Notes under the pieces: generated by a model | The model's input: the letters and a program-made list of their open reading frames with translations, nothing else | The model's database searches: none | What the model was told of the DNA's origin: nothing | Shown: positions 12,374 to 21,590 of the stretch, one piece after another | Position numbering within the stretch: the first letter of the stretch is position 1 | Layout of the letters: each line of letters opens with the position of its first letter | Program-made: the position numbers and the translations under genes | IMG/VR virus record: IMGVR_UViG_2061766007_000542 | From: an uncultured virus (IMG/VR IMGVR_UViG_2061766007_000542) | Taxonomy: Duplodnaviria > Heunggongvirae > Uroviricota > Caudoviricetes | Direction: 5' to 3' (one strand) | Length of the DNA stretch: 29,183 bases

Positions 12374-13237
12374 CTAAGCAATAGCTGTAATCTCTGCTTT
12401 TACAAGTTGTTCTCCATTTTGGTCAAATACTTTTCCTCCATGTGCTACTTGTCCTAATAAGTTGTAGTACATTCCAGCTTCTGCTTCAGTTACTTTTGCT
12501 TTTACAAGCTGTCTTACATAGTTGAAAGCTTTTGCTCTGAAAGCATAAACATTTGTAGAAGTGATAAGATTTGATTCAAAGATAGAGAATCCTCCAAATT
12601 TTCCTAACCATCCTTCTACTGCTGCATCAGCTGCTACTTCTGTTCCAGCCAAGATTCCTGCTTGTGCAATAACTGCTGAAACATCAGGAGATACTACAAG
12701 GATTCTATTATTCATAGGAACATCTTTTTTAGAAAGTGCTGTTCTCAATCCCATAATATCTTTAGCAACCGTTGAAACAGACATTGAAGCGATAGTCTGA
12801 ACTTGACTTGAATGAGCTGTAAAGTAAGCATCAAGCATAGTGATAATTGAAGTTTCTACAGCTTCATCAATACCGTTTACAAGGTCTTTCATTCTTTCAC
12901 TTCCGATATTGTAGAGAGTTTGGATTTCTTCAAGGTCTGAGAATTTTTCTCTGTATTGATGCAATTTGTTAATTACAAGGTCAGAGTGAGTGATTGTTCT
13001 ATCACTTGCTGTAATATCAGCACAAGAAGTAGCTTTAATATCTCCACTGTTCAAAGCTGAAACATCTGTAAGAGAGATTTTTGGACTTACTGGAACTGAA
13101 ACAGTATCTCCAGCTCTTCTTAAAGTTCCTTCAAATTCGTAGTTAGCGAATCTCATAAATGGTTTTCTTGGATCGTCAGACATTTTTCTTCTCAATTCTG
13201 CTGCGACAATCTGTGTAATTTTATCAGTATTAGCCAT
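12374..13237 (-). CDS. Major capsid protein (P22-coat-like), 287 aa
   Basis: NYEFEG..RAGDTVSVP, LSKKDVPMNNRILVVSP, GWLGKFGGFSIFESN and HGGKV motifs. Located after the scaffold. Intact even in code 11. Confidence 0.9.
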   Translation of the reverse strand: MANTDKITQIVAAELRRKMSDDPRKPFMRFANYEFEGTLRRAGDTVSVPVSPKISLTDVSALNSGDIKATSCADITASDRTITHSDLVINKLHQYREKFSDLEEIQTLYNIGSERMKDLVNGIDEAVETSIITMLDAYFTAHSSQVQTIASMSVSTVAKDIMGLRTALSKKDVPMNNRILVVSPDVSAVIAQAGILAGTEVAADAAVEGWLGKFGGFSIFESNLITSTNVYAFRAKAFNYVRQLVKAKVTEAEAGMYYNLLGQVAHGGKVFDQNGEQLVKAEITAIA

Positions 13238-13285
13238 AATAATATAAGTTTAAAAGATAAATATTCCTTTGGTTGTTTGTTGTTG

Positions 13286-13450
13286 TTAGTCTTCTTTTGA
13301 CTGTACTTTTGCTTTACCTTCCTTGATTTCCTTTTCTATTGCTAAGAACTGGTCTCTTGGAAGAACTGCTAATTCTTCTTCTGTCCATACTTTAACAGAT
13401 TTCTTTTCTGTTTTTACTTCTTGGACTTCTTTTTCTTCTTTAATAGCCAT
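13286..13450 (-). CDS. Small protein resembling a scaffold C-terminal coat-binding motif, 54 aa
   Basis: MAIKEEKEVQEVKTEKKSVKVWTEEELAVLPRDQFLAIEKEIKEGKAKVQSKED, between scaffold and capsid. Confidence 0.65.
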   Translation of the reverse strand: MAIKEEKEVQEVKTEKKSVKVWTEEELAVLPRDQFLAIEKEIKEGKAKVQSKED

Positions 13451-13458
13451 TTCTTTTG

Positions 13459-13995
13459 TTAATCATTTAAAATTTTTATTTCTCCTTTTTCTGCTTTACT
13501 TGCTATCGTTGCATAAGCAGTTGGATTTTTTTCTGCAAGTTCAGCTATTTCAGAATAACTGTACTCCTTCTTTTCGATTTCTGAGTCAATTTTCTCCCTT
13601 CAAGGATTAGTGTTTACGGTACTTGTTGGAGTACTCACTTGATAGTCAGAGATTTTTAGACATTGTTCCCGTGTTAAGTCTGGATATTTCTCTTTAACAG
13701 ATTTGATTTCCTCTGGAATCACATCAAATCCATTCTTTGCTGAGAAAGTGATTTCATCTCTTAAGTTCTTTTCGAGAGTCTCTTTGTCGACCTCTTGATT
13801 CTCTCTTTGTGCAATATCAGCTTTCTTAAAAGCTTCTTTTGCTTGTTTCTTTTTCTGATCATATTTCTCTTTAGAAACATAGTTGTTTTCAACTTCTTCT
13901 TTAGAGATATACTTCTCAGAAAGTTCTTCTCTTGAGATAAAATCTTCTTGATTGAATTCTTGTTCACTTCAATCATCATACACGATTTTTGGCAT
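13459..13995 (-). CDS. Probable capsid scaffolding protein, 178 aa
   Basis: Charged helical protein upstream of the capsid gene; open with TGA=Gly. Confidence 0.7.
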
Positions 13996-14028
13996 CGCTT
14001 ATTCAGTTAGTAGATAAAAAAGTGTTGA

Positions 14029-14307
14029 TTAGTGGTCACCCTCCACCGATATATCAGATTGATTACTGATCCTTGTTAAAAGATATTCTGGAATCTTTAA
14101 GAACTCATCAATTAACTCTAATTCTTTCAGCTCCATATCTCTTTTGTTATAGATGGACTTACTCCTATCTTCACTGATTCAAGATAGAATGCCAGCTTTT
14201 AATTCTTCTTTTCTATCCTCTAAATATTGTTTGATAAATTCCCAATATTGAGAAGATAGTCAGTCTTTTATTGTTCCAATATCCTTTTTAGCTAAATTGA
14301 GAGACAT
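14029..14307 (-). CDS. Small helical protein following the portal, 92 aa
   Basis: MSLNLAKKDIGTIKDGLSSQYWEFIKQYLEDRKEEL...; overlaps the portal stop. Confidence 0.7.
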
Positions 14308-16270
14308 CGTTTCATGAAGTAGGTCATAAAGCTTGAGGTTGTGCTTGTTCCTTATTATTCTGTGAAATATAATTACTTACAAGCTGATTTTGTGTTGCAT
14401 CGTTTCCTTGTGCCATTCCTTGTTGCATAGCCATTGCTTGTTGTTGTCAGCTTAAGATTAAAGCTTGTCTTCTTTTCATTATTGCTTTTGTCTTTGCTGG
14501 TCAATCAATAGCCTTTTCATACACTTGAATATAAATCTTGTGATTTTCTCCCATATCTGTGATAGGTCAGACATCTTCTCCATTGTTTAAGAGTTCAAGG
14601 TCAAGCATTGCTTTATCATATTCTGGAGGGAAATCATAAATCGTATTTACAAGCTCTGAATCCATTCCCATCACATTTGCAAATTCTCTCGTAAGTTGGA
14701 TTTTTCAAAACTCGTTTGCTTGTTCCATTAAAGGTTGATAAGATGCCATAAATGCACTTTTAGTTGCTTCTGTTTTATCTTGTGCATCGAGTATCGTTAT
14801 AAGTGACATATGTAAATCTCTTTTCGTATCTAAGTCTTTTCCCATGATGGTATAAGTCACATCTCAGAAACCACTATTTAATACAATGTTCTTTTCAGAC
14901 TTCATTTTGAAATACTTTTGATAGCTTCTATACCATAGAACATCCCAATATTTCTTTTCTCCTCGTAAGAATACTTTGAAAATAGTTGTAAGTCTGACAT
15001 TTTGATTAGCTTGTAGTAATTGACTCTGTGTAGCGGTAATTGTTTTAGCATATACTCCGATACTTTGCTCGTCAAATCCTATTTCTTTTGTACTTTTAGC
15101 ATCTATCATATTTTTGAGATTGTATCCATCTCCAGTTGAAGAAGTTTGTGTTTGGACATTTTTTATAATCTCTCTATTTTCAAGATTTCATTTTGAAGGG
15201 ACATATTTTCTCTTTCAGAGTTGTCTGTGTGCTAATTCTTTTCAGTCAACCACATCACTATTAAAGACAGTAATTCAAGAGAAAGTTTCCTCATGAATCT
15301 TATTGATTAAGAGATTCATTACTTCTTCTTCGCTCTCTTGATTATCACTCGCTAAATCTCCTACACATAATCCATAAGGATCTCATTTCTTAGGAAGCAA
15401 CCAACTATGAACTACTGGACATGGAATAAGAGTAGCATCTTTTTTCTCCTCTTTTCTTACAGCTTCTACTTCTTCACATCTTATTAAAAGAGTTCTATCG
15501 TTCGCCCATTCTGTAAGATACCACCTTCCATTGAATTTTGTAAAGTGTCTATAAACGGAATATTGTTTTAAAGGAGATTGATAAGTGTTCCACATTCCAT
15601 CGATTCCATAACCATCAGCTCGTTGGAGTAAATTGTTATGATAATCGCTTCCTAATTTTTCTTTTAGATCTTCAAGCTCTTCATCAGTAAGCATAAGCTC
15701 TTTATTCTTATAGAGTTCGTTTATTTCTTCTTCAGAAAGTACAAGCTCAAATCCGTGAAAGTTAAAACCTTTTACTACATCAAAGTAAGGATCAGGAATC
15801 CAACACATAGGAGAATAAAGTCTTTTCTTTGGAGATTCTGTTATATAATCCCAACCTTCATCGACTGCAAGATAAACTCCATAATCCACTTCATCAGAGA
15901 TTTTTTGATAAGTGATGATTTCTTCATCTAATTCCTCATAATCAAACTTCAATAATTTATTCCAAGTTTTAGCATATTCATCATCGCCCCTTTTTCTTCC
16001 TTGAAATTCTACAAGAGGTCTATTCTTATAAAGTGCAGAGATGAAAAGATTCCTGTAAGTATACATTGATTTACTCTTTACAACATCACCGTCTTTTATT
16101 CCTTTTCAGTCTACATTGTATTGAGAAAGATACTTTTTTAAAAGAGGTCTTTTTACTCTTGCGACTTCTGCTCAAGCGGTATATTCATTTTCTACTTTCT
16201 GCAAAATTTCCTCAAAGTCCCAACCTTTGATTTTATCTATCATTTTTTTTGTTATAAAGTTGTTTACCAT
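14288..16270 (-). CDS. Portal protein, 660 aa
   Basis: Frame joining track ORFs 15383-16066 and 14864-15109. CWIPDPY and TITATQSQLLQ motifs, Gln/Met-rich C-tail, follows terL. Alternative start at 16243. Confidence 0.85.
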
Positions 16271-16304
16271 CTTCTTTGTTTTAAGTATCAAATTATTTAC
16301 GGTC

Positions 16305-16332
16305 AGTATAATCAAAAATTCAATTTTGGCGG
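16305..16332 (-). promoter_or_regulatory. Late-promoter motif copy 3 (CCGCCA-16 nt-TATACT)
   Basis: Upstream of the portal gene, immediately after the terL terminator. Confidence 0.7.
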
Positions 16333-16342
16333 AAAATAAAAT

Positions 16343-16379
16343 AAAAAAAAATCTGACTCTTATTTTCAGTCAGACTTTT
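16343..16379 (-). terminator. Intrinsic terminator after terL
   Basis: Minus strand reads AAAAGTCTGACT-loop-AGTCAGATTTTTTTT. Confidence 0.65.
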
Positions 16380-16416
16380 CTTCTTTTTTTGTCTTTTTTT
16401 ATCGAGAAAAATACAA

Positions 16417-17706
16417 TTATCGTGATTCTATGATTTTTCATTTCTTCACATTTCCCTCAAACACTTCACAAACAACCGCTAAATATCTAAAAGCATCAGA
16501 AGAGTGAGAACTCCAATCGTGTTCTGGTCACTTAAAAGAAGTTCTTTTTTCATCAAACTCTTTATGATAATTCTTCAAACATTTTCGCCCTCGTTCTGTT
16601 TTCTCTTTATCGAAATAACATCTTGGAAGTATTGCTCTTGCTGAATTGATTCCATCTAGAACAGAAAGTTTAGGAACTATTTGAACATCATTGAAACCGT
16701 ATTCATACATTTTCTCTTCTACGGTTTTTCAAGTCTGTAAACTTCTTGCTTGTGCATCGTGTGGGAGTCGCACCGTTCAATATCTATAACCTTTCTCTCT
16801 TAAAACTCCTACATAATGAGAAAGTCATTCTCAATTATTCTCATAATGGTCTATTACTCTTATTTCTCTTCCGAAGATTTGGAAGAATCGAATAGCTGTA
16901 CTATCGTTTATTCCTAAATCTCGAACCGTGAAAACATCAAGGGCAGGATCATAAGGAACTTTTGTTCTTTGACCGTTATTTTCCAATTGACTCAGTATTT
17001 CTGCATAATAACTACCATTGATTCAAGCATCAAAAGAGCAATAATACTCTTGTTGAAAAATTGCATCATTTCCATTTTTTTGGATTATTTCTCTTCTTTC
17101 TCATTCAAGAACTTCTGGAGCGATTGCTTTTGTATCTTCTACCGTTTGAATTGATACAAGCCGTTTGTCGTTATCTTTTGCCATATCTAAAAGTTCTTTT
17201 GCATGATTATCTCATCTTGGAGTAAAGTTGAAAATCGCCCAACCTCCATTCTCTGCAAGAATAGGACGGAGAAAATCTCGCACCACTGGACTTTGTAAAG
17301 AGTACTCAGAGAAAACAATTCAGATTGGATTTGTCCCAACGATACTATCTACATTATCAGACCCTATGATTTGGATAATACTTCCATTGATTAGCTCTAT
17401 TTTCATTTCTGTATCGTTCTTTCTGCTTACCAATTCATCTGGAATATGTTTGATAGTTTTCCAACCATCTTTATCGATTCCATCTCGGACGGCCTTCTTT
17501 CATTGTGAATAAGTAGGGAAAACATAATAATAAATTCAGACTTCTTCCATTGCTTTCTTTACTATTACATTGAAACAAGCTTTATCTTTTCAAGCCCTAC
17601 GATGCCAAACCATAATAATTCTTTTTACTCCTTCATCTATTGCTTCAAAGATTGGTAATTGATAATCTCTTGGTTCAAAATGATAAGGAATTGTTATTTC
17701 TGTCAT
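16417..17706 (-). CDS. terL: Terminase large subunit, 429 aa
   Basis: Walker A WHRRA(G)KD; GTNPI(G)IVFSEYSLQSPVV(W)DFLRPILAENGGWAIFNFTPR(G); nuclease TV(W)DLGINDSTAI(W)FFQ; HDWSSHSSDAFRYL. Bracketed residues are TGA (G) or CGA (W). Confidence 0.95.
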
Positions 17707-18119
17707 TTTTTATATGAAATAATGTTAATATTTAAAGAAGTGTCTGACTCTACTTTATCGATATACATTTTATGATACTTTCAGAGTTTTTCTAATGCTG
17801 AGTTTACATTTTTAAGATCATAAATCTTTTGAGTTTTTCCTTTCAATTCTATTTCTTGTCTTCCCATTCCTATTTCTACGATCTCTTGGAGATTTTGTAA
17901 AACATACTCAACTCATACATCTAATTTTTCTACTTTCTTTTGAGATTTCTCTGTTAGATACTCTGAAACCTTAACATTACTTAATAGTTTACATCATAAA
18001 GCTTCTGCCGATTTTTGGCTTACTCAGTAGACTTTCTTATAAGCATCAGTAGCATTGAAGCTTTTTAGATATTCCAGACAGAACATCTTTTGCTTTTGAG
18101 TTAAATCTTTCGTCTTCAT
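17694..18119 (-). CDS. terS: Terminase small subunit, 141 aa
   Basis: LTQKQKMFCLEYLKSFNATDAYKKVYG..KLLSNVKVSEYL..ALEKLGKYHKMYIDKVE; overlaps the terL start. Confidence 0.9.
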
Positions 18120-18150
18120 TTTTGTCGTTTATGATAATAAAACATTTGAG

Positions 18151-18178
18151 AGTATAATCAATTTTTAGATTTTGGCTA
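18151..18178 (-). promoter_or_regulatory. Late-promoter motif copy 4 (TAGCCA-16 nt-TATACT)
   Basis: Upstream of terS. Confidence 0.7.
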
Positions 18179-18180
18179 AA

Positions 18181-18205
18181 ACAAAAAGGGAAACCTAATT
18201 CCCTT
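18181..18205 (-). terminator. Intrinsic terminator AAGGGAA/TTCCCTT plus T-tract
   Basis: Inverted repeat 18186-18205 followed by TTTGTTTT on the minus strand. Confidence 0.6.
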
Positions 18206-18264
18206 AATGCCTAACAGTCATAAGATGACAAAAACGAAACAACATCTCCCAAAGGAGCAACACT

Positions 18265-18292
18265 AATATAATCATTTTTTAGAAATTGGCTA
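18265..18292 (-). promoter_or_regulatory. Late-promoter motif copy 5 (TAGCCA-16 nt-TATATT)
   Basis: Overlaps the stop of the HTH gene; same spacing as the other copies. Confidence 0.6.
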
Positions 18293-18602
18293 AATTTTTT
18301 TCTACTTTATCAATATTTTTTACATTATTCTTGAACTTATTTAGGATCACATCTATTTTGCTATGATGCACTCCTAAGAGGTATGATATTTTTCTTGCTG
18401 AGATTTGTTGTCCGTCTACATATTCGTAGTCAAAGTATAAATCAAAGAGAGTATCATGGATTGCTTCTTTTTGATTGCTACGAAAGTATTTTGTTAGTGA
18501 TATTACATAAGGGATTGAATAAGTGATTATTACTCGATTATCCTTTACTGCTTCTCAAAGGATTCATTTTTTAAATAGCTTTTTACATCTTTCATCTATC
18601 AT
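18279..18602 (-). CDS. HTH protein (sigma70 region-4-like), candidate late transcription activator, 107 aa
   Basis: C-terminal YVDGQQISARKISYLLGVHHSKIDVILNKF helix-turn-helix. Last gene before terS, the usual position of late activators. Confidence 0.65.
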
Positions 18603-18645
18603 TTATAAAACAAAAGAAATAAAAATCTGATTATTTTAAAGAGGT

Positions 18646-19347
18646 TTATAAGTCTGAATTTTTCATACAATCTCTATTAAGATATTGTTCTTTATGTGTT
18701 GCCCACCTGCAATTATCTTTACAATAATCTCAATTACAATCTATCCTATCAATAGTTGTTTCTTTTTCTCAAAACTCTTTACAATGTTTTTCATATGATT
18801 CTCACATATCTCTAAAAAACTCTTCAAAATTTTTCCACTTACATTTTATTCATTTGTCGAAATAATGTTTCTTTCAAGAATATCATTTCGTTCTTCATAA
18901 AATATCACACCAAATAGTATATATTCTCATATCTCTTGTCCTTTCTACTCAATATTTTCTTTTAGTTTTCATAACATCTACACAAATACATCAACAAGAT
19001 TTAGTGTGTCAACTTATAAGATTTTGAAGATATGTTGTAATAATATTTCAGCATTCACATTGTGCAGTTATAACTCTTCTTTTATTCTTAGGTGTTTCTT
19101 CTGATATTATTGTTAATCTTCAATACTTCTTTCATATAATTTCTTTATGTTTTTTATTTACACAACTACATCAAGAAATATTTCATTTTAAAATATGATA
19201 TGCTCTTGTTTCAATTGTTTTTCAACATACATTACACCTGCAAATTAACCATTGATGATATCAAGCCTTTTTTCATAATCATAAAATTGTTAATCATCAA
19301 TATGTTTTTCAGATTGTATCCTCAAAATTTATTTTTTTCCCTCTCAT
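18646..19347 (-). CDS. HNH homing-endonuclease-like protein, 233 aa
   Basis: Two Cys-rich repeats (IGKKYGRLTI..CECGN..NLISGHTKSCGC), IYTIWCDI and TIDRIDCNGDYCKDNCRWATHKEQ. Contains 22 in-frame TGA and is invisible in code 11. Confidence 0.9.
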
Positions 19348-19853
19348 ATTTTTTGTTTTTTTGTTTTTATATAAATATGCCACTTTTCAACCATCTCCTC
19401 ATATTCTCATTGAGATATTTTTACAGTTTCATTATCGTTTCGATAAATTGCTTCTTGTTTTTTTCATACTGTTTCATCCATAAACACCTTATAATCTCTA
19501 TAATTTCCGTGTTTTGTTACATTACAAGTATAACATTGAGGATAGACTTGATTTATATCAAATCTATATTTTAAACATCACCTTGATCTATAGTGTCAAG
19601 CCTGTATTTCTCTTCGAAAAAATCTTTTTTTACAAGTGCAACATTCGCACATTCATTTATCATCAGAATAATACAACCTTACATATTCTGAAAAAACTCT
19701 ATCTGCTAAGTCTTTCCAAGAGTCTCGATTTTTATAAGTTTTGAAAATATCATTTCGTAACTCTTGGTTTTTAGTTTCTTCGAACAATTCTTTTGCTTTT
19801 TTTGTTTTAAAAAGATTGTTTATTCTTTCTTGAAGAGTTTTTCTTTTTTTCAT
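19329..19853 (-). CDS. ninG: NinG/Rap-like recombination endonuclease, 174 aa
   Basis: ADRVFSEYVRL..GMCECCTC..F(W)REIQAGHYRSR..RFDINQVYPQCYTCNVTKHGN. Confidence 0.85.
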
Positions 19854-19913
19854 AAAAAAAGGAAAGAAGCCATATAAAACAGCTTTTCCCAAGTCTTACC
19901 ACAAATTACTTTC

Positions 19914-19941
19914 CTTATAAGGTTTTATTTTTCGTTGTCAA
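19914..19941 (-). promoter_or_regulatory. Sigma70-like leftward promoter (TTGACA-16 nt-TATAAG)
   Basis: Perfect -35 and 5/6 -10, upstream of the NinG-HNH-HTH genes. A second TTGACT..TATAAA candidate lies near 20002-20029. Confidence 0.6.
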
Positions 19942-20118
19942 GAGATAATTTATGAAAATTAAAATACCAATTACAAAAAGAGAAAAATCTGATTGATAAC
20001 TTTTATATACCATATTTTTAATAAGTCAACTTTAATTTCTAAGATAAAAACATATTTTAAGAGTGTGGTTAGACTTATAAGTAGAATCTCTGTATTTTAA
20101 CTTATAATTTTTTTCACA

Positions 20119-21015
20119 ATGATTAAAACTTTTATTGAACGATTAAAGATTAACAGAAATAGCCCTAAAAATACTTTAGATAATTATTCAAGAGTACTTA
20201 ATAAATTTAATAATTTTCTTACTAAGAGTTCTTTTGGAGATGTCACCCTTTACAACCCTGAAACTGTGAGATTTTATCACATAGATCAACGAATAGCAAT
20301 ACAAAGAGAGAAATACACAATAAAGACTTGTAATTTTTATGTTTGATGTATTAGAAGCTTTTTTAGATTTTGCCTTTATAGAGAGCTGAATGTTTTAGAT
20401 TACAAGGGAATCAATTTCTCTAAAGAGCCTGAAAGGAAAATCGAGTATTTAAACGATGAAGAGATAGAGAGTATCTTTCAAGAAATTAAAAAGAGAAAGG
20501 TAAAAAATAAAAATCAGATTCTTATCAAGGTAAGAGATTTGTGCATCGTTAAATTTCTTTTCTACACAGGACTAAGGATTTCTGAACTTTTGAATTTAAA
20601 GAAGTCTGACATCAAGGACGATATGATCCAAGTAATAGGAAAAGGAGGAGTGCATAGAGTAACTTTCATAAAGAGAGGAACAGAAGAGAGGAAGCTTCTT
20701 GACTATTATTTACGATTAAGGAAAGATAATGAAGAACGACTTTTCGTAAATCATAGCAATAACAGTTGAGGGAAACTTAGTAGAAATTCCGTTGAAAGAA
20801 TGGTAAAAGAGGAGTGAAAGAAACTCTGAATAAAGGTACGACCTCATATTTTCAGACATAGTTTTGCCACAAAATTGATTAGAAAAAAAGCATCTATTTT
20901 CCATGTACAGAAACTTTTAGGACATAAAAATATACAAACGACTCAAAATTACCTATGATGTCTGGATAAAGAGCTTGAAGAAGTGCAAGAATTAGTAAAA
21001 GAGAAAATAGAGTAA
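20119..21015 (+). CDS. Tyrosine recombinase (XerC/D-like or integrase), 298 aa
   Basis: N-terminal SAM-like domain ([10 protein letters not shown]), [35 protein letters not shown] and [16 protein letters not shown]. Full R-K-HxxR-H-Y catalytic set. Confidence 0.92.
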
Positions 21016-21018
21016 AAT

Positions 21019-21066
21019 ATGCATTGCATTATGCAGTGCATATATGCAGTGCATCATGCAGTGCAT
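21019..21066. repeat. Four tandem 11-bp palindromes ATGCA(G/T)TGCAT
   Basis: Copies at 21019, 21031, 21044 and 21056. Confidence 0.9.
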
Positions 21067-21079
21067 ACATTAAATTTAT

Positions 21080-21400
21080 ACAGTTGTGAACTGTTAAAAC
21101 ATCACTATACAAAGTGATAAAAAACCACTATAAAGCATTAAAAAAGTATGAAAAGAAAAGAAGAAAAAAAGAAAAGAAAAAAAAGAAAAAAAAGAAAAGA
21201 GAAATTTCCCCCCCACACCCCCCTATATAGAGAAAAGAAATAAAAAAGAAAAATAAAGAAAAGAAAAAAAGAAGAAAAGAAAAGGCTTTTTCCAAAAAAT
21301 TTATTTTTTTGTTGATCAATGAATCAGATAGGGGAGTGGAGTTGGTTAAAAAATCAGATCATTTCTTAAACACAAAAACACAGTTGAGAACTATTAAAAC
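21080..21400 (+). repeat. 21-bp direct repeat ACAGTTGWGAACTRTTAAAAC flanking an A/G-rich tract
   Basis: Copies at 21080-21100 and 21380-21400 with 2 mismatches, exactly 300 bp apart. Confidence 0.8.
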
Positions 21401-21590
21401 TTTTACGGCGACCAAAACAAAAAAGGGGAGTGATAATAGTTTTTGACTATGATTTCTTACATTTTCATCTCTTTTGAGATGTGATTTTGATGTAATTTTG
21501 AAAAATAATTCATAAAATTTATTTATTTTTTGTCAAGTTTAGTAAAGTTTTATCAGTTCTGAATTGCTATAAAAAAAAGTAAAAAAAGTC

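Noticed and set aside
1810..17706. TGA=Trp (table 4) or selenocysteine
   Set aside because: Collagen register, Walker A Gly and TGA/GGN allele swaps all indicate Gly.
63..19744. Plus-strand track ORFs in the left arm and minus-strand track ORFs in the right arm (e.g. 19200-19574, 22254-22595, 26961-27287)
   Set aside because: Antisense shadows of real genes; their Phe/Leu/Ile-rich composition reflects the A-rich coding strand.
21128..21319. Poly-Phe ORF (minus) or Lys/Arg-rich ORF from ATG 21148 (plus)
   Set aside because: Low-complexity tract; the plus frame stops at 21241 after 31 codons.
21019..21400. CRISPR array
   Set aside because: Repeats are 11 bp without spacers, or only two copies 300 bp apart; no cas genes.
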